Origin: an uncultured bacterium
GTDB lineage: Bacteria > Planctomycetota > UBA1135 > GCA-002686595
DNA: 64,000 nucleotides
Direction of reading: 5' to 3'
Assembly: GCA_943787795.1 (NCBI GenBank)
Contig: CALSNU010000004.1
Coordinates: 256,001-320,000, forward strand
A program made the position numbers and the translations under genes. The notes under the pieces were generated by a model. The model did no database searches, was not told the DNA's origin, and worked only from the letters and a program-made list of their open reading frames with translations. This document shows, piece after piece, positions 9,186-19,674 of the stretch (positions within the stretch are counted from its first letter, which is position 1; each line of letters begins with the position of its first letter).

Positions 9186-9836
9186 TCAGAGGATGTAGGT
9201 CTTGTCCTTCTTGATGCTCTTCATCTTCACCTTGTGCTTGGCGAGGGCAGCCTTGAGCTTGGCCTCGTCGAGCTTCTCGTCCTTCTTCATCTGGATGATG
9301 ATCTCCGGACCGGCGTAGACATCGGCGACGTTGTCCCCGAGGGACTTCATGAGGGTCTCACGGACCCTACCGGCGGTGTCGCTTCATGTCAGGCCGGGCG
9401 TCTTGGCGACGTAGGCCGCCTTCGCCCGCGCCGACTCGCGGCTGGTGAGGGAGACCCACTTGAGGCGCTGCTTCTCGATGGCGGCCTTCAGGGCCTTTTC
9501 GTCCACCTTGACCCCCTTCTTCAGGGTGAAGCTGGCGCGGGTGCCGCTCCAGAAGATGCGTTCGATGTCGTCGTCCTCGTCGAGGACAGTGAGGAAGGCC
9601 GCACGGGCCTTCTTGCCCGCGCTTCAGCCCTTGCCGGAGGCATGGAGGGTCCAGACGGTGATCTTGTCCTCCTTGGCCTCCTTCTTCTTCGTGTCGCCCT
9701 TGACGGCGGGGCCGTCGTCACCCTTCTGGGCGATGGGCTTGGAGGTGGGGCCTTCCTGGTGGGCGGTGACGAGAGCGCTTGAAGCGATCCCGGCCACAGC
9801 CACGAGCAGGGCTCCCTGAACCAGTCTTGTGATCAT
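9186..9836 (-). CDS. Candidate secreted selenoprotein with two HMA-like domains and two Sec (UGA at 9624-9626 and 9384-9386)
   Basis: One frame of 216 codons plus stop, interrupted only by two TGA codons, at GKG-U-SAG and PGLT-U-SDTA; uniform high-GC3 coding bias throughout; a hairpin 3' of each TGA; signal peptide. Confidence 0.8.
9352..9368 (-). promoter_or_regulatory. Putative bacterial SECIS element for the second UGA
   Basis: mRNA AGGGUC-CGUGA-GACCCU, stem starts 15 nt after the UGA; built with codons rare in this gene (GGT AGG, CGT). Confidence 0.6.
9594..9612 (-). promoter_or_regulatory. Putative bacterial SECIS element for the first UGA
   Basis: mRNA GAAGGCC-CGUGC-GGCCUUC, stem starts 11 nt after the UGA; GU-containing loop. 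Confidence 0.65.
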
Positions 9837-10090
9837 GAGATGAGGGTTGCTGAGCGCGGGCCAGGAAGCGGCCCGCTGGTTTGTATTACCCGGTGTTCTT
9901 CGCCGCGGGGCTACCGCGCGGACGAGAGGGTTGTGTGAAAACCTCGCGCGCCTCCGGATGACCCTGGGGAATATGCCCCTACCGCGTCAGGGCGCGGCAT
10001 GCCGAATTAGGGTTTACCCTCATTTATGTGCGGCAGCTTCGCTCTCGAAGAGGGAATTGGCCCGGTTCGCTCCCCATCCGCCAGGTACCC

Positions 10091-12802
10091 ATGACTCACC
10101 GCGACCAATCCCTCCTCCTCTGGTTCTCCGAGGTCGGCAGAGACGACGCCGATCTCGTCGGCGGCAAGGGAGCCTCCCTTGGCGAGCTCTACCGCGAGCT
10201 GGTCCCGCGCGGCGTCCGTGTCCCCAACGGCTTCACGACCACGGCGACGGCGTACCGGCGGTTCCTTGAGGCACCCGTGGACCGGGACGCCTGGCTCGAG
10301 GTGGAGGAGCCCGAAGGGCTGGCCAAGGTCCGCGCGACCGCCGTCCGTTGCGACAGCCTGGACGAGGCGCTCCGCGCGTCCTTCGAGGGCGCAGACGCCA
10401 GCGATCAGCTGGAGATGTACGGTCGAACCGCCCTCGCCCGGCAGCTGGTGGAGGAGACCCCCGTCCCCCAGGACGTGATGGACTCCCTTCGGGAAGCCTA
10501 CCGCGAACTCTGCGACGAGTACGGCGCGGAGGTCGACGTGGCGGTCCGGTCCTCGGCCACGGTCGAGGACTCGGCGGACGCGAGCTTCGCAGGCCAGTGC
10601 GAGAGCTACCTCAACGTCCACGGGTTCGAGGAGGTGCTGCTGCGCTGGAAGGAGTGCTGCGCGAGCCTCTTCACCGAGCGCGCCGTCTCGTATCAGCTCG
10701 CCAAGGAGATGGACCCGCTCGCCGCGTCCCTCGCTGTCGTGGTCATGAAGATGGTCCGAAGTGACCTGGCGACCTCCGGGGTGATGTTCACCCTGGACCC
10801 CGACTCCGGACATCCGGGCGTCATCCACGTCAGCTCGAGCTACGGGCTCGGTGAGCTCGTGGTGCAGGGCTCTGTGTCCCCCGATCAGTTCACCATCTGG
10901 AAGGAGGGCCTGCGCCGCGGATACTCCGCCATCGTGCACCGGCACCTCGGCGCCAAGGACCAGGCCATGGTGTACTCCACCCAGGGGGGTACGCGGACCG
11001 AGAGCAACGACACCTCCAGCGCCAGGCGGCGGCAGTGGTCACTCTCAAGGGAGGAGATCAGCGAGCTCGGCCGCATGGCGCTCGCGATCGAAGAGCACTA
11101 CGGCCAGCCCATGGACATCGAGTGGGCGAAGGACGGGCGAAGCCAGGACCTCTTCATCGTCCAGGCTCGCCCAGAGACCGTTCACTCCAAGGCTCGGCCC
11201 ACCGAGATCGTCCGCTACGCGATGCCGTCGGGCCTCGCCGCTCAGCTCGCGGTGGATGGGAAGGTCCTCGCCGAGGGGCAGGCCGTGGGGACGCGTATCG
11301 GCAGCGGCCGTGTGCGGCTCTACAAGAACTACGAGGAGGTCATCCTGCGCAAGCGGGCTCTTCGGGAGCGGATCGCCGCCGGAGAACGCCTCGACGGCAT
11401 TCCCGCGGAGGAGCGCGTCTTCGACTCAGGCGACGTCCTCGTCACCGAGATGACGACCCCCGACTGGGAGCCGCTCATGAAGGACGCCTCCCTGATCATC
11501 ACCGAGAAGGGCGGGCGCACCTCCCACGCCGCGATCATCGCGCGGGAGTTCGGCATCCCGGCCATCGTCGGCTGCGAGGACGCCACCAAGCGCCTCGCCC
11601 CCCTTCAAGAGGTCACGGGCACCTGCGCCGAGGGCGACATCGCCCTGGTCTTCGATGGCATCCACCCCTTCGAGATCGAGCGGACCGAGGTCGACACGTC
11701 GATCGAGCTCGAGACCAAGATCAAGCTCAACGTCGGGTTCCCCTCCAAGGCGCTCACCGACAGCCGCCTCCCCGTGGACGGCGTCGGACTCGCTCGCCTC
11801 GAGTTCATCCTGACCAGCGAGGTCGGCGTCCACCCGCTCGCCCTCCTCTACCGCCAGGAGCTGCAGGACTTCCTGGAGACCGGCAAGGTCGCCCCCGTCC
11901 TGACACGCTTCCAAGAGCGCCTCGAGGCAGAGGGCTCGGAGGAGCTGCGTGGCATGCTCGGGGCCATCGACCGGCGCACCGCGGCCTACGCGGACAAGCG
12001 CCAGTTCTTCGTGGACCGGGTCATGGAAGGCGTCGGCCTCATCTGCGCCGCCTTCCACCCCCGCCCGGTCCTCGTGCGGCTCTCGGACCTGAAGTCCAAC
12101 GAGTACCGCGAGCTCCTCGGCGGGCGACTCTTCGAGCCTGTCGAGGAGAACCCGATGATCGCCTGGCGAGGCGCGAGCCGGTACGTGGACCCCGACTTCA
12201 CCCCCGCCTTCGAGATGGAGTGCGACGCGCTCCGGCTCGTCAAGCGGCGACTTGGCCTTGAGAACCTCGAGCTCATGGTCCCCTTCTGCCGCTCACCAGA
12301 GGAGGGCGCCGAGGTCAGCGAGCTCCTCGCCGACCGCGGGCTGGGCCCCGAGGCCGACGTGCGCCTGTTCCTGATGATCGAGCTGCCCAGCAACGTCATC
12401 GAGGCGGATCGGTTCATCGACGCCATGGACCTCACGGGCGGCTCGATCGGCTCGAACGACCTGGTTCAGACGGTCTACGCCGTCAGCCGTGACGACCTCG
12501 AGGGGTACCGCCACGCCGTGGACGCCCGCTCCCCCGCGGTCCAGCGCATGATCGCCGACGCGATCACGGCCTACCGCCAAAGGGGGCTGGAGATCGGCAT
12601 CTGCGGCCAGGCCCCGAGCGACCACCCGGACGAGATCCCCGCGTTCCTGGTCCAGTGCGGCATCAGCTCGATCTCCGTCACCCCCGACACCGCTCTGGAC
12701 GTGCGCCTCGCCGTCGCTCAAGCGGAGGCCGACGCGCGGGCGGAAGCCGGAGTCCGCAACGAAACCTCCGCCACGCCGGGGCCCGACACCGACGTGGCCT
12801 GA
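10091..12802 (+). CDS. ppsA: Phosphoenolpyruvate synthase (pyruvate, water dikinase)
   Basis: VGGKGASLGE, AVRSSA..ED...ASFAGQ, DIEWA, GGRTSHAAI (phospho-His), SIGSNDL, GICGQAPSD. Confidence 0.92.
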   Translation: MTHRDQSLLLWFSEVGRDDADLVGGKGASLGELYRELVPRGVRVPNGFTTTATAYRRFLEAPVDRDAWLEVEEPEGLAKVRATAVRCDSLDEALRASFEGADASDQLEMYGRTALARQLVEETPVPQDVMDSLREAYRELCDEYGAEVDVAVRSSATVEDSADASFAGQCESYLNVHGFEEVLLRWKECCASLFTERAVSYQLAKEMDPLAASLAVVVMKMVRSDLATSGVMFTLDPDSGHPGVIHVSSSYGLGELVVQGSVSPDQFTIWKEGLRRGYSAIVHRHLGAKDQAMVYSTQGGTRTESNDTSSARRRQWSLSREEISELGRMALAIEEHYGQPMDIEWAKDGRSQDLFIVQARPETVHSKARPTEIVRYAMPSGLAAQLAVDGKVLAEGQAVGTRIGSGRVRLYKNYEEVILRKRALRERIAAGERLDGIPAEERVFDSGDVLVTEMTTPDWEPLMKDASLIITEKGGRTSHAAIIAREFGIPAIVGCEDATKRLAPLQEVTGTCAEGDIALVFDGIHPFEIERTEVDTSIELETKIKLNVGFPSKALTDSRLPVDGVGLARLEFILTSEVGVHPLALLYRQELQDFLETGKVAPVLTRFQERLEAEGSEELRGMLGAIDRRTAAYADKRQFFVDRVMEGVGLICAAFHPRPVLVRLSDLKSNEYRELLGGRLFEPVEENPMIAWRGASRYVDPDFTPAFEMECDALRLVKRRLGLENLELMVPFCRSPEEGAEVSELLADRGLGPEADVRLFLMIELPSNVIEADRFIDAMDLTGGSIGSNDLVQTVYAVSRDDLEGYRHAVDARSPAVQRMIADAITAYRQRGLEIGICGQAPSDHPDEIPAFLVQCGISSISVTPDTALDVRLAVAQAEADARAEAGVRNETSATPGPDTDVA

Positions 12803-12820
12803 GCCGCGAGGCTCCGTCGC

Positions 12821-12880
12821 TCACTCCGGCCGCGAGGTCACTCCGGCCGCGAGGCCCCGCCGGTCACTCCGGCCGCGGGC
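12821..12880. repeat. Three copies of tcactccggccgcg, the last one being the HtrA stop codon region
   Basis: Copies start at 12821, 12838 and 12864. Confidence 0.75.
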
Positions 12881-13949
12881 GCTCGCCGAGCAGGACGGAG
12901 ACCTTCCTCGCCAGCTGGTCCCTTCGGACCTCGAGCTCCACCTTGGTTCCGGGAGCGAAGCTGGCGACGACCGCCATCAGGCTCTGCACGGTGGTGACGG
13001 GGCGGTCATTGACCCGGACCACCACGTCCCCGGACTCGAGCCCGGCCTGCTCGGCCGGCCCGCCCTTGACCACGCTCCGCACCGCGACCCGGCTCGCCCC
13101 CGAGTAGTCCAGTCGAGCGAGCTCGGACTCGCGGACCTCGCGCAGGTTGACGCCGACGTATCCCCGCCGCACCTCGCCCCAACGGGCGAGCTGCTCGGTG
13201 ACCTGGGCGACCATGTCCGCGGGGATGGCGAAGCCGATGCCCTGGCCCCCAGTGCGGATATCAGCGACGGCCGTATTCACACCCACGATCCGGCCCTGAA
13301 GATCCACGAGCGGACCACCGCTGTTCCCGGGGTTGATCGCTGCGTCTGTCTGAATGAAGTCCTCGTAGGTCGTGATATTCGCCGTGCGGCCTCGTCCGCT
13401 CACGATCCCGGCGCTCACGCTGTGCCCAAGCCCCAGCGGGTTGCCCACCGCGATGACCCACTCCCCAACGCGCGCAGGCTCCTCGGCGCGAAGCGGCGCA
13501 GCGACGAGCCCGTCAGCCTCGACCCGCAGGAGCGCGAGATCGCTCTCCGTGTCCATCCCCACCAGCTCCGCGTCCAGGGCGCGGCCGTCGAGCAGCTGGA
13601 TACGGATCGCGTCCGCGCTGTCCACCACGTGGGCATTGGTGACAATGAGCCCTTTGGCGTCGAGCACGAAGCCCGACCCCACTCCGAGCGGCCGAGTCCC
13701 GCCCTCTGCCCGTCGCCCGGACTCGATGCGCACGACCGAGGGCGCGATGCGCTCGCTGACGGTCTCGAACGCCTGGGACACGCCCTGAGCCACGTCCGCG
13801 TCCGACTCGAGGTGAGCGGAGCCTGCGAGCGCCAGCCCGAGGATCGCACCCGCGACCCCAAGACCCGTCCGCACGGACCCCGCCCTTGAAGCGGAGCTCG
13901 TGGAGGCGTCGCGGGAGGGAGCGGTCGGTCGGTTGAGGAGGAGGCTCAT
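12864..13949 (-). CDS. HtrA/DegQ family serine protease with one PDZ domain
   Basis: GSGF, TNAHVV, DLALL, IQTDAAINPGNSGGPL; C-terminal PDZ. Confidence 0.92.
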   Translation of the reverse strand: MSLLLNRPTAPSRDASTSSASRAGSVRTGLGVAGAILGLALAGSAHLESDADVAQGVSQAFETVSERIAPSVVRIESGRRAEGGTRPLGVGSGFVLDAKGLIVTNAHVVDSADAIRIQLLDGRALDAELVGMDTESDLALLRVEADGLVAAPLRAEEPARVGEWVIAVGNPLGLGHSVSAGIVSGRGRTANITTYEDFIQTDAAINPGNSGGPLVDLQGRIVGVNTAVADIRTGGQGIGFAIPADMVAQVTEQLARWGEVRRGYVGVNLREVRESELARLDYSGASRVAVRSVVKGGPAEQAGLESGDVVVRVNDRPVTTVQSLMAVVASFAPGTKVELEVRRDQLARKVSVLLGERPRPE

Positions 13950-14276
13950 GGGATGATGACTCTAAGGGGTTTTCGCGAGAGGACGCGGCGCGGACTCAAC
14001 TCCTGGGCAATGGCCCGCCGCGTTTCAACCCCGGCGGATCCCGCCTCGAGCGCTGCTGCGCGGTACTGAACGGCCTCGCGGGTAGGCCCTGCGTACACCC
14101 CAGGTAGAACCTGCGTAGCCCCCGCCCGCAGCGTCACTCTGATCCGCCTTTGGACCGATCTCGGGAGGCCCCTGACGCGGGAACGACCACCGGGATCCCG
14201 CTGGCGCAGGATCCCCTTCAGCACCGGATCTTCGCAATCCAGAACCCTCGTCACTCGGCGTCACGACCGATCGGAT

Positions 14277-15128
14277 TCACTCCGGCCCGGTGAGCTTGAT
14301 CTTGAACAGGTAAGGCCAGCGCTTCCCCGTCACGTAGATCGCGCCCGTCGCCGGATCATGCGCGATCCCGTTGAGGACGTCCTCGAGGGGCGAGTCGACG
14401 CGGGTCGAACCCAGGAGACCCCGGAGGTCAATCCATGCTGTGACCTGGCCAGTCACCGGGTCGATACGCGCGATGCGATTCCGCTTCCAGACGTTGGCCC
14501 ACACCTCTCCGTCGATCCACTCCAGCTCGTTCAGGTTGCGGACGGGCCGCCCAAGGTCCGTGACCGTGACCCGCCGCTGCTCCGTCATGCCCTTGGGATC
14601 GAGGAAGCGGAGGACCGCGGTCCCGTCGCTCATGACCAGCTGCCCCTCGGGCGTCGTCGTCAGCCCCCAGCCCTCGCCCGGATAGCCGTATCCGTAGCTC
14701 ATCGGCCGGAGCGAGGCCCGGTCGAAGAGCAGGGCGCGGCCGCTCTTCCACGTCAGCTGGTAGAGCAGCCCGCCGACCGACGCGAGGCCCTCTCCAAACA
14801 GGCTCGCGTCGATGGCACGGCGCTTGAGCACCTCCCCGGTCTCGACGTCCACGAGCCGTACGGAGGACTCCCCGTTGCGCCCGGTGCTCTCGTACATCTT
14901 TCCGTCCACGATGAGCAGGCCCTGGGTGTAGGCCCGCCGATCATGGGGATAGCGCTCGACGATTTCGTAGCCAAAGACCGGTGTCCGGACCTGGGGAGGG
15001 GCGGTGCTCTCGGCCTGGCTCCCCCCGGCTCCGGGGGTGGTTGCGGGCTCGGACCCGCACCCTGCGCAGGCTGAGATCAGGGCGGCGAGGGCGCTCGCGA
15101 GGACGATTCGGGTGCTGACAGCGTGCAT
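14277..15128 (-). CDS. Glutaminyl-peptide cyclotransferase (lipoprotein)
   Basis: YPHD..AYTQGL, ESTG, FGEG, EGWGLT, LNELE, DVLNGIA, VTGKRW; start placed at MHAVST. Confidence 0.9.
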   Translation of the reverse strand: MHAVSTRIVLASALAALISACAGCGSEPATTPGAGGSQAESTAPPQVRTPVFGYEIVERYPHDRRAYTQGLLIVDGKMYESTGRNGESSVRLVDVETGEVLKRRAIDASLFGEGLASVGGLLYQLTWKSGRALLFDRASLRPMSYGYGYPGEGWGLTTTPEGQLVMSDGTAVLRFLDPKGMTEQRRVTVTDLGRPVRNLNELEWIDGEVWANVWKRNRIARIDPVTGQVTAWIDLRGLLGSTRVDSPLEDVLNGIAHDPATGAIYVTGKRWPYLFKIKLTGPE

Positions 15129-15317
15129 GTGCCTCCGAGGATAACGTCCGCCAGCGCAGCGCCCCCCCCTGGGTTGCCCCAAGTGCCAAGTCCCTTCCTC
15201 GCGTCGCGAGGAAGGGCCCCCTCTTGCTAGACTCTGGCGCCACCGCTCGGGCCTCCCGAGCCCTCGGACTCGATCTGGCCGCCCACGGCAGCGCCCCCTC
15301 ATCTCCTCCTCTCGAAC

Positions 15318-17621
15318 ATGACACACCCGACCCGAAGCGCCCCCTCCAGGCTGCGGCGATCCACAGTTCTGCTCCTTGGGCTCACGACGCTCATCACCGG
15401 GTGCGTGGACGTGGACGATCCCCGATCCCAGACCGTCGCCGTCTACAACCCCTCGGCTGGCACCTTCCCGATCCCGAACGACCTGCTCTTCAGCGGCACC
15501 CTCGACGGGACCGTCAACATCCCGCCTGCACTGGACGGGAGCGGGAACCCGCTGCCGATCCCCGAACCCCTCCTGAGCCTCAACACGGTGGACGGCGCCT
15601 CGACGGCGGCCCCCATCCTGATGAACTTCTCGCGGGCCATCGACGACGCGTCGCTGGTCGAGGGCTCCAGCGTCCGGATGTTCCAGGTGACCGCCGAGAC
15701 GGCCTCTGGTCCCGTCGGAGGCGCGGTCACCGCCATCACCAACGAGCTCAGCGCCGCGGATTTCTCCGTCTCGGTGGTCTCTGAGTTCGGGAACACGGCG
15801 ATCCAGATCCAACCCCTCGCGCCGCTCACGCCGAGCACCGCCGGCGGAAGCAGCGTCTACATGGTCGTCCTCACCGACGCCATCCTCGACGCCGACGGTG
15901 TGGGCGTGACGCGAGACGTCACCTACAACCTCGCAGCACAGGCGACTCCCTTCGACCCGGCCACGACCGAGCTCTCACTCGTCGGCCTCCAGGCCCTCGT
16001 CAACGCGCAGCTCGTCGCCTTCAGCTCGACGACCGCCGTCGCCCGCGAGGAGGTCATCTGCTCCTTCACCTTCACGACCGAGTCCATCGGCTCCGGTCTT
16101 GGCTCCGTGATCACCATCGCGAACGGAGGCGAGGCAGCCCTGATCACGGGCCTCTGCGCGGCGTTGGGGACGTGCGGCGGCGACACGGCCCCCAGTCCGT
16201 TCTCGACGCCGCTCGTCAACGTCGCTCCCATCGCTCCGGTGATCGGTTCGGTCGCGGACCTGACCGGCCCCAACCTCACGAGCGGGAACGCCGACATCTA
16301 CGTGGGCAGCTTCCAGGCGCCCTACTACCTGACCGCTGCGGCCAACGCGACCTTCGACCAGGTGACGTTCGACTCGGCACCGCTGACCGCCCCCTGGGCC
16401 ACGCGCTACCCCGCGCCCCTGGAGGCCGCCCTGCCAGCTGCCGAACGCGACAACAACGTCACGCGCTTCAACCCGCTCCCCGTCGCCACCGATGCCGAGA
16501 TCATGCCCGTGCTGCTCTCGGTCCCCGGAGCTGCGGTTGGAGCGCCGCCTGCGGGTGGCTGGCCGATCGTCATGTTCGCCCACGGTATCTATCAAAGCCG
16601 CCTCAACATGCTCCCCCTGGCGGACGCCTTCGCCGACAAGGGCTTCGCGGTCATCTGCATCGACCTCCCGCTCCACGGAGTGAACGCTGCCGCCTTTGGT
16701 CCGACCAACACCAACGGGGGGCTCCTCGCCAACGGAGCGAACATCTTCGTGGGATTCAACGATCAAAGCGGCGGGCCGCGTGAGCGGACCTTCGGGATAG
16801 ACCTCCTGAACAACACGACGGGCGCTCCTGGCCCGGATGGCACCGCTGATACATCGGGTATCCACTACGTGAACCTGGCCAACCTCGCGGTCACCCGCGA
16901 CAACCTCCAGCAGACCGTGGCGGACTTCGCAAGTCTCCGCGCTGCCCTCGGGGGGCTGTCCGTGGCGAACGCCGGAGGCGACGTCTTCGATGAGACCAAG
17001 GTGCACTTCGTGGGACACTCCCTGGGGGCCATCGTCGGCATGCCGTACATCACGCTCGACGACGCCAACCTGACCGCCAGCACCCTGGCCATGGGCGGCG
17101 GCGCGATTCCCTATCTCCTGGAGTCGTCCATCGCCTTTGGACCGACGATCCAGGGCGGCCTCACGGCGGCTGGCGTTCCGCCGGGATCGCCCCAGTACTA
17201 CCAGTTCCTCCAGACGGCACAGACGGTCATCGACACCACGGACGCGATCAACTTCACGGGCTTCGGCGCCACCGGGCCGCTGTTCGCGATGGAGGTCATC
17301 GGCGGCGGACCGCTCGGCGGGCTCACCGATCTCGTGGTCCCCAACCTCGCCGCGGGGAACCCGCTTGGGGGCACGGAGCCGTTCATCACCGAAGCTGGGC
17401 TCGCCTCCGTCAGCGTGACCACCACGGTCCCCGCCGGCCAGCGCGCCGCGGTGCGGTACATCGAGGGGTCGCACAGCTCGGTGCTGGTCCCGGTGATCGA
17501 CGGGCAGAGCCCCGAAGCCAGCAACTCCGCGGCCTGGGTCGAAATGCAGGAGGCGCTGACCGAGTTCCACGCCACCGACGGCGCAACCGTCACCGTCACC
17601 GACCCGGCCCTCGTGCAGTAA
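15318..17621 (+). CDS. Extracellular lipase-like lipoprotein (Pla-1/cef/VolA-like alpha/beta hydrolase)
   Basis: Lipobox LITGC; PIPNDLL, IDLPLHG, RDNLQQ, nucleophile GHSLG, GSHSS. Confidence 0.8.
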   Translation: MTHPTRSAPSRLRRSTVLLLGLTTLITGCVDVDDPRSQTVAVYNPSAGTFPIPNDLLFSGTLDGTVNIPPALDGSGNPLPIPEPLLSLNTVDGASTAAPILMNFSRAIDDASLVEGSSVRMFQVTAETASGPVGGAVTAITNELSAADFSVSVVSEFGNTAIQIQPLAPLTPSTAGGSSVYMVVLTDAILDADGVGVTRDVTYNLAAQATPFDPATTELSLVGLQALVNAQLVAFSSTTAVAREEVICSFTFTTESIGSGLGSVITIANGGEAALITGLCAALGTCGGDTAPSPFSTPLVNVAPIAPVIGSVADLTGPNLTSGNADIYVGSFQAPYYLTAAANATFDQVTFDSAPLTAPWATRYPAPLEAALPAAERDNNVTRFNPLPVATDAEIMPVLLSVPGAAVGAPPAGGWPIVMFAHGIYQSRLNMLPLADAFADKGFAVICIDLPLHGVNAAAFGPTNTNGGLLANGANIFVGFNDQSGGPRERTFGIDLLNNTTGAPGPDGTADTSGIHYVNLANLAVTRDNLQQTVADFASLRAALGGLSVANAGGDVFDETKVHFVGHSLGAIVGMPYITLDDANLTASTLAMGGGAIPYLLESSIAFGPTIQGGLTAAGVPPGSPQYYQFLQTAQTVIDTTDAINFTGFGATGPLFAMEVIGGGPLGGLTDLVVPNLAAGNPLGGTEPFITEAGLASVSVTTTVPAGQRAAVRYIEGSHSSVLVPVIDGQSPEASNSAAWVEMQEALTEFHATDGATVTVTDPALVQ

Positions 17622-17704
17622 GTCAGCGAAACGCTGGGTCGGGGCGCGCCTCGATCCAGCTCGCGAGCGGCCTCATCCCCCGGGACACTGGGGATGAGCA
17701 AAAG

Positions 17705-17743
17705 AGAAGGAGGCCGGAGCACTCAGTGCTCCGGCCTCCTTCT
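17705..17743. terminator. Bidirectional intrinsic terminator
   Basis: 18-bp perfect stem agaaggaggccggagcac / gtgctccggcctccttct with A-rich and T-rich flanks, between convergent genes. Confidence 0.85.
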
Positions 17744-17804
17744 TCTTATTTGCGCCTGCGGTGCGCCAGCAGCGCGCCAGTCGTGAGCCCGGCGCCTCTG
17801 GGGA

Positions 17805-18110
17805 TCACCAGCTCGACTTGCGCATGCCCGGGATCTTGCCCTCGTGGGCGAGCTCGCGCAGGGTCACCCGGCAGATGCCGAAGCGACGGTAGACCGCGCG
17901 CGGGCGACCGGTGAACGAGCAGCGGTTGCGGATCCGGTTGGGGTTCGCGTTGCGCGGGATCTTGGCCAGCGTGGCGCGTGCCTCGTCCTTGGCCTCCTCC
18001 GTGGTCTTGGTGGAGCGGATGATGCTCTTGCAGTCCGCGCGACGCTCGGCGTACTTGTCGGCGAGCTTCCGGCGGCGATCGTTCTTCTGAACTGAGGAGA
18101 CCTTGGCCAT
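17805..18110 (-). CDS. rpsN: 30S ribosomal protein S14, 101-aa form lacking a full Zn ribbon
   Basis: MAKVSS...[43 protein letters not shown]. Confidence 0.95.
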   Translation of the reverse strand: MAKVSSVQKNDRRRKLADKYAERRADCKSIIRSTKTTEEAKDEARATLAKIPRNANPNRIRNRCSFTGRPRAVYRRFGICRVTLRELAHEGKIPGMRKSSW

Positions 18111-18679
18111 GGCGGTGCGGTCGGTAGGTGTGAGATCGGGGTTGGTTCGGTTCCGACCGCGGCGACGGTTGCCGGTTCGGTCGGGAGATCGGTGAGGGGC
18201 AGGCGAGGGCGCCTGCGGGCCCGGGCCGGGTCCTCTCGGAGGGCGGTTCGGGGGCAAGAAGATACGGTCCCAGCGCTCCGGTGGCAATCCGGCGGACGCT
18301 CTGCTTGGCCGGATCGAGAGATTCCGGCCTCTCGACCCGGCCCCTGGGGACCCTCGGGCGCCCCAGGGCCCGACCCATTGGAGCGGGCCAGGAGAGAGGG
18401 CCAGGGCGGCTTGGACCCCTGCGGCTGGCTCCTGCAGCTGGGCCAAGGAAGCTCGGCCGCGGGGGATCTGCCGCGGGGGCGTCGACCCCGACGAGCAGGC
18501 CGAGGAGCCCCCGCCGGGAGGCGCCGCCCGATGGCCCAGCCCCTGAACCCCTTCCAGAGGCTGATCCGAGCGCCCTGGTATGAGGCCCCGCGTGGGAGGC
18601 CCTGATTCGGCGCCCCAAAGGGGCGCCCCAAGGGGGCGGCCCGAGCCCGATGGCTCTATCGAGCGACCGGGGTGGACCC

Positions 18680-19642
18680 TCAGCTGAGCTCCGTGCGGAG
18701 CCGCTCCAGGAGCTCGCGGGTGCGGGTGATCCCGGCGCGCTCGTCCGCATCCCCCCCCTCGTACTCCACGCCAACCCAGCCGCGGTACCCCGCGTCCTTC
18801 ACGATCTTCATCATCCGGGCGTAGTCGATCTTGGTCTCATTGCCGTCGCCGTCGAAGGCGTAGGACTTGGCGCTCACGGCCTTGGCGAAGGGCATCAGAT
18901 CCGCGACGCCCTGATAGCGGTCGTATTCGTAGAAGTTCCCGAAGTCGGGGAGGGTCCCCACCCGCGGGTGGTCGCAGCGGCGCATCACCCCCGCCAGCCA
19001 GGCCCCGTCCGAGGACAGCCCGCCGTGGTTCTCGACGATGACGTTGATGTCGTAGGCGTCACTCACGCGCGCGATCCTGACGAGGGAGTCGGCGGCACGC
19101 TCCGACTGCTGCTCCGGGGTCCCCCCACCTCCGGCGTTGACCCGGATGGAGTGGCACCCGAGGTAGGCCGCCGCGGCCACCCACTTGAAGTGGTTCTCGA
19201 CCGCGTCGCGGCGCCGGCCGTCATCCTCGTCCGCGAGCTGCCCCTCGCCGTCCACCATGATCAAGAGGCTCTCGACGCCGGCCTCCGAGCAGGCGCCGCG
19301 GAGGTCGTTGAGGTAGCCGAAGTCGGTCCCCCGCCAGACCTCCTCGCCACCCCGGCCCGCCGACTTGAAGAAAGCGTTGACGTACTCGACGCCGTCGATC
19401 CCGAGCCCCTTGGCGACGCCCGGGAACTCCAGGTTGGTGATGCGCTCGGCGCCGGAGCTTCGGAGCGCGCGGTGCAGGGACCACTCGGCGAGGGAGATAC
19501 GAAACCAGGGGGCTTGGAGTTCCATGGGATCTAGGGCCAGGCCAGTACCTGCTACAGCCGCCGCTGCGGAAGCGGCAGAGGCCGCCTGGAGGACGTCGCG
19601 GCGGGTGAGGCGAGGAGTGGACGGGCGGGCGTTGGACTGCAT
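18680..19642 (-). CDS. Tat-exported sugar phosphate isomerase/epimerase (TIM barrel)
   Basis: TRRDVL Tat motif; [32 protein letters not shown]. Confidence 0.85.
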   Translation of the reverse strand: MQSNARPSTPRLTRRDVLQAASAASAAAAVAGTGLALDPMELQAPWFRISLAEWSLHRALRSSGAERITNLEFPGVAKGLGIDGVEYVNAFFKSAGRGGEEVWRGTDFGYLNDLRGACSEAGVESLLIMVDGEGQLADEDDGRRRDAVENHFKWVAAAAYLGCHSIRVNAGGGGTPEQQSERAADSLVRIARVSDAYDINVIVENHGGLSSDGAWLAGVMRRCDHPRVGTLPDFGNFYEYDRYQGVADLMPFAKAVSAKSYAFDGDGNETKIDYARMMKIVKDAGYRGWVGVEYEGGDADERAGITRTRELLERLRTELS

Positions 19643-19674
19643 GGGGTGTTCGGGATAGAGGGGAGTGACCCGGC

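Noticed and set aside
9186..9836. Genome-wide UGA reassignment (code 4/25) or a simple pseudogene
   Set aside because: TGA is the normal stop of many intact genes here (xylA, hisS, ftsH, glmM); two nonsense mutations landing on equivalent Cys positions, each followed by a similar hairpin, is unlikely
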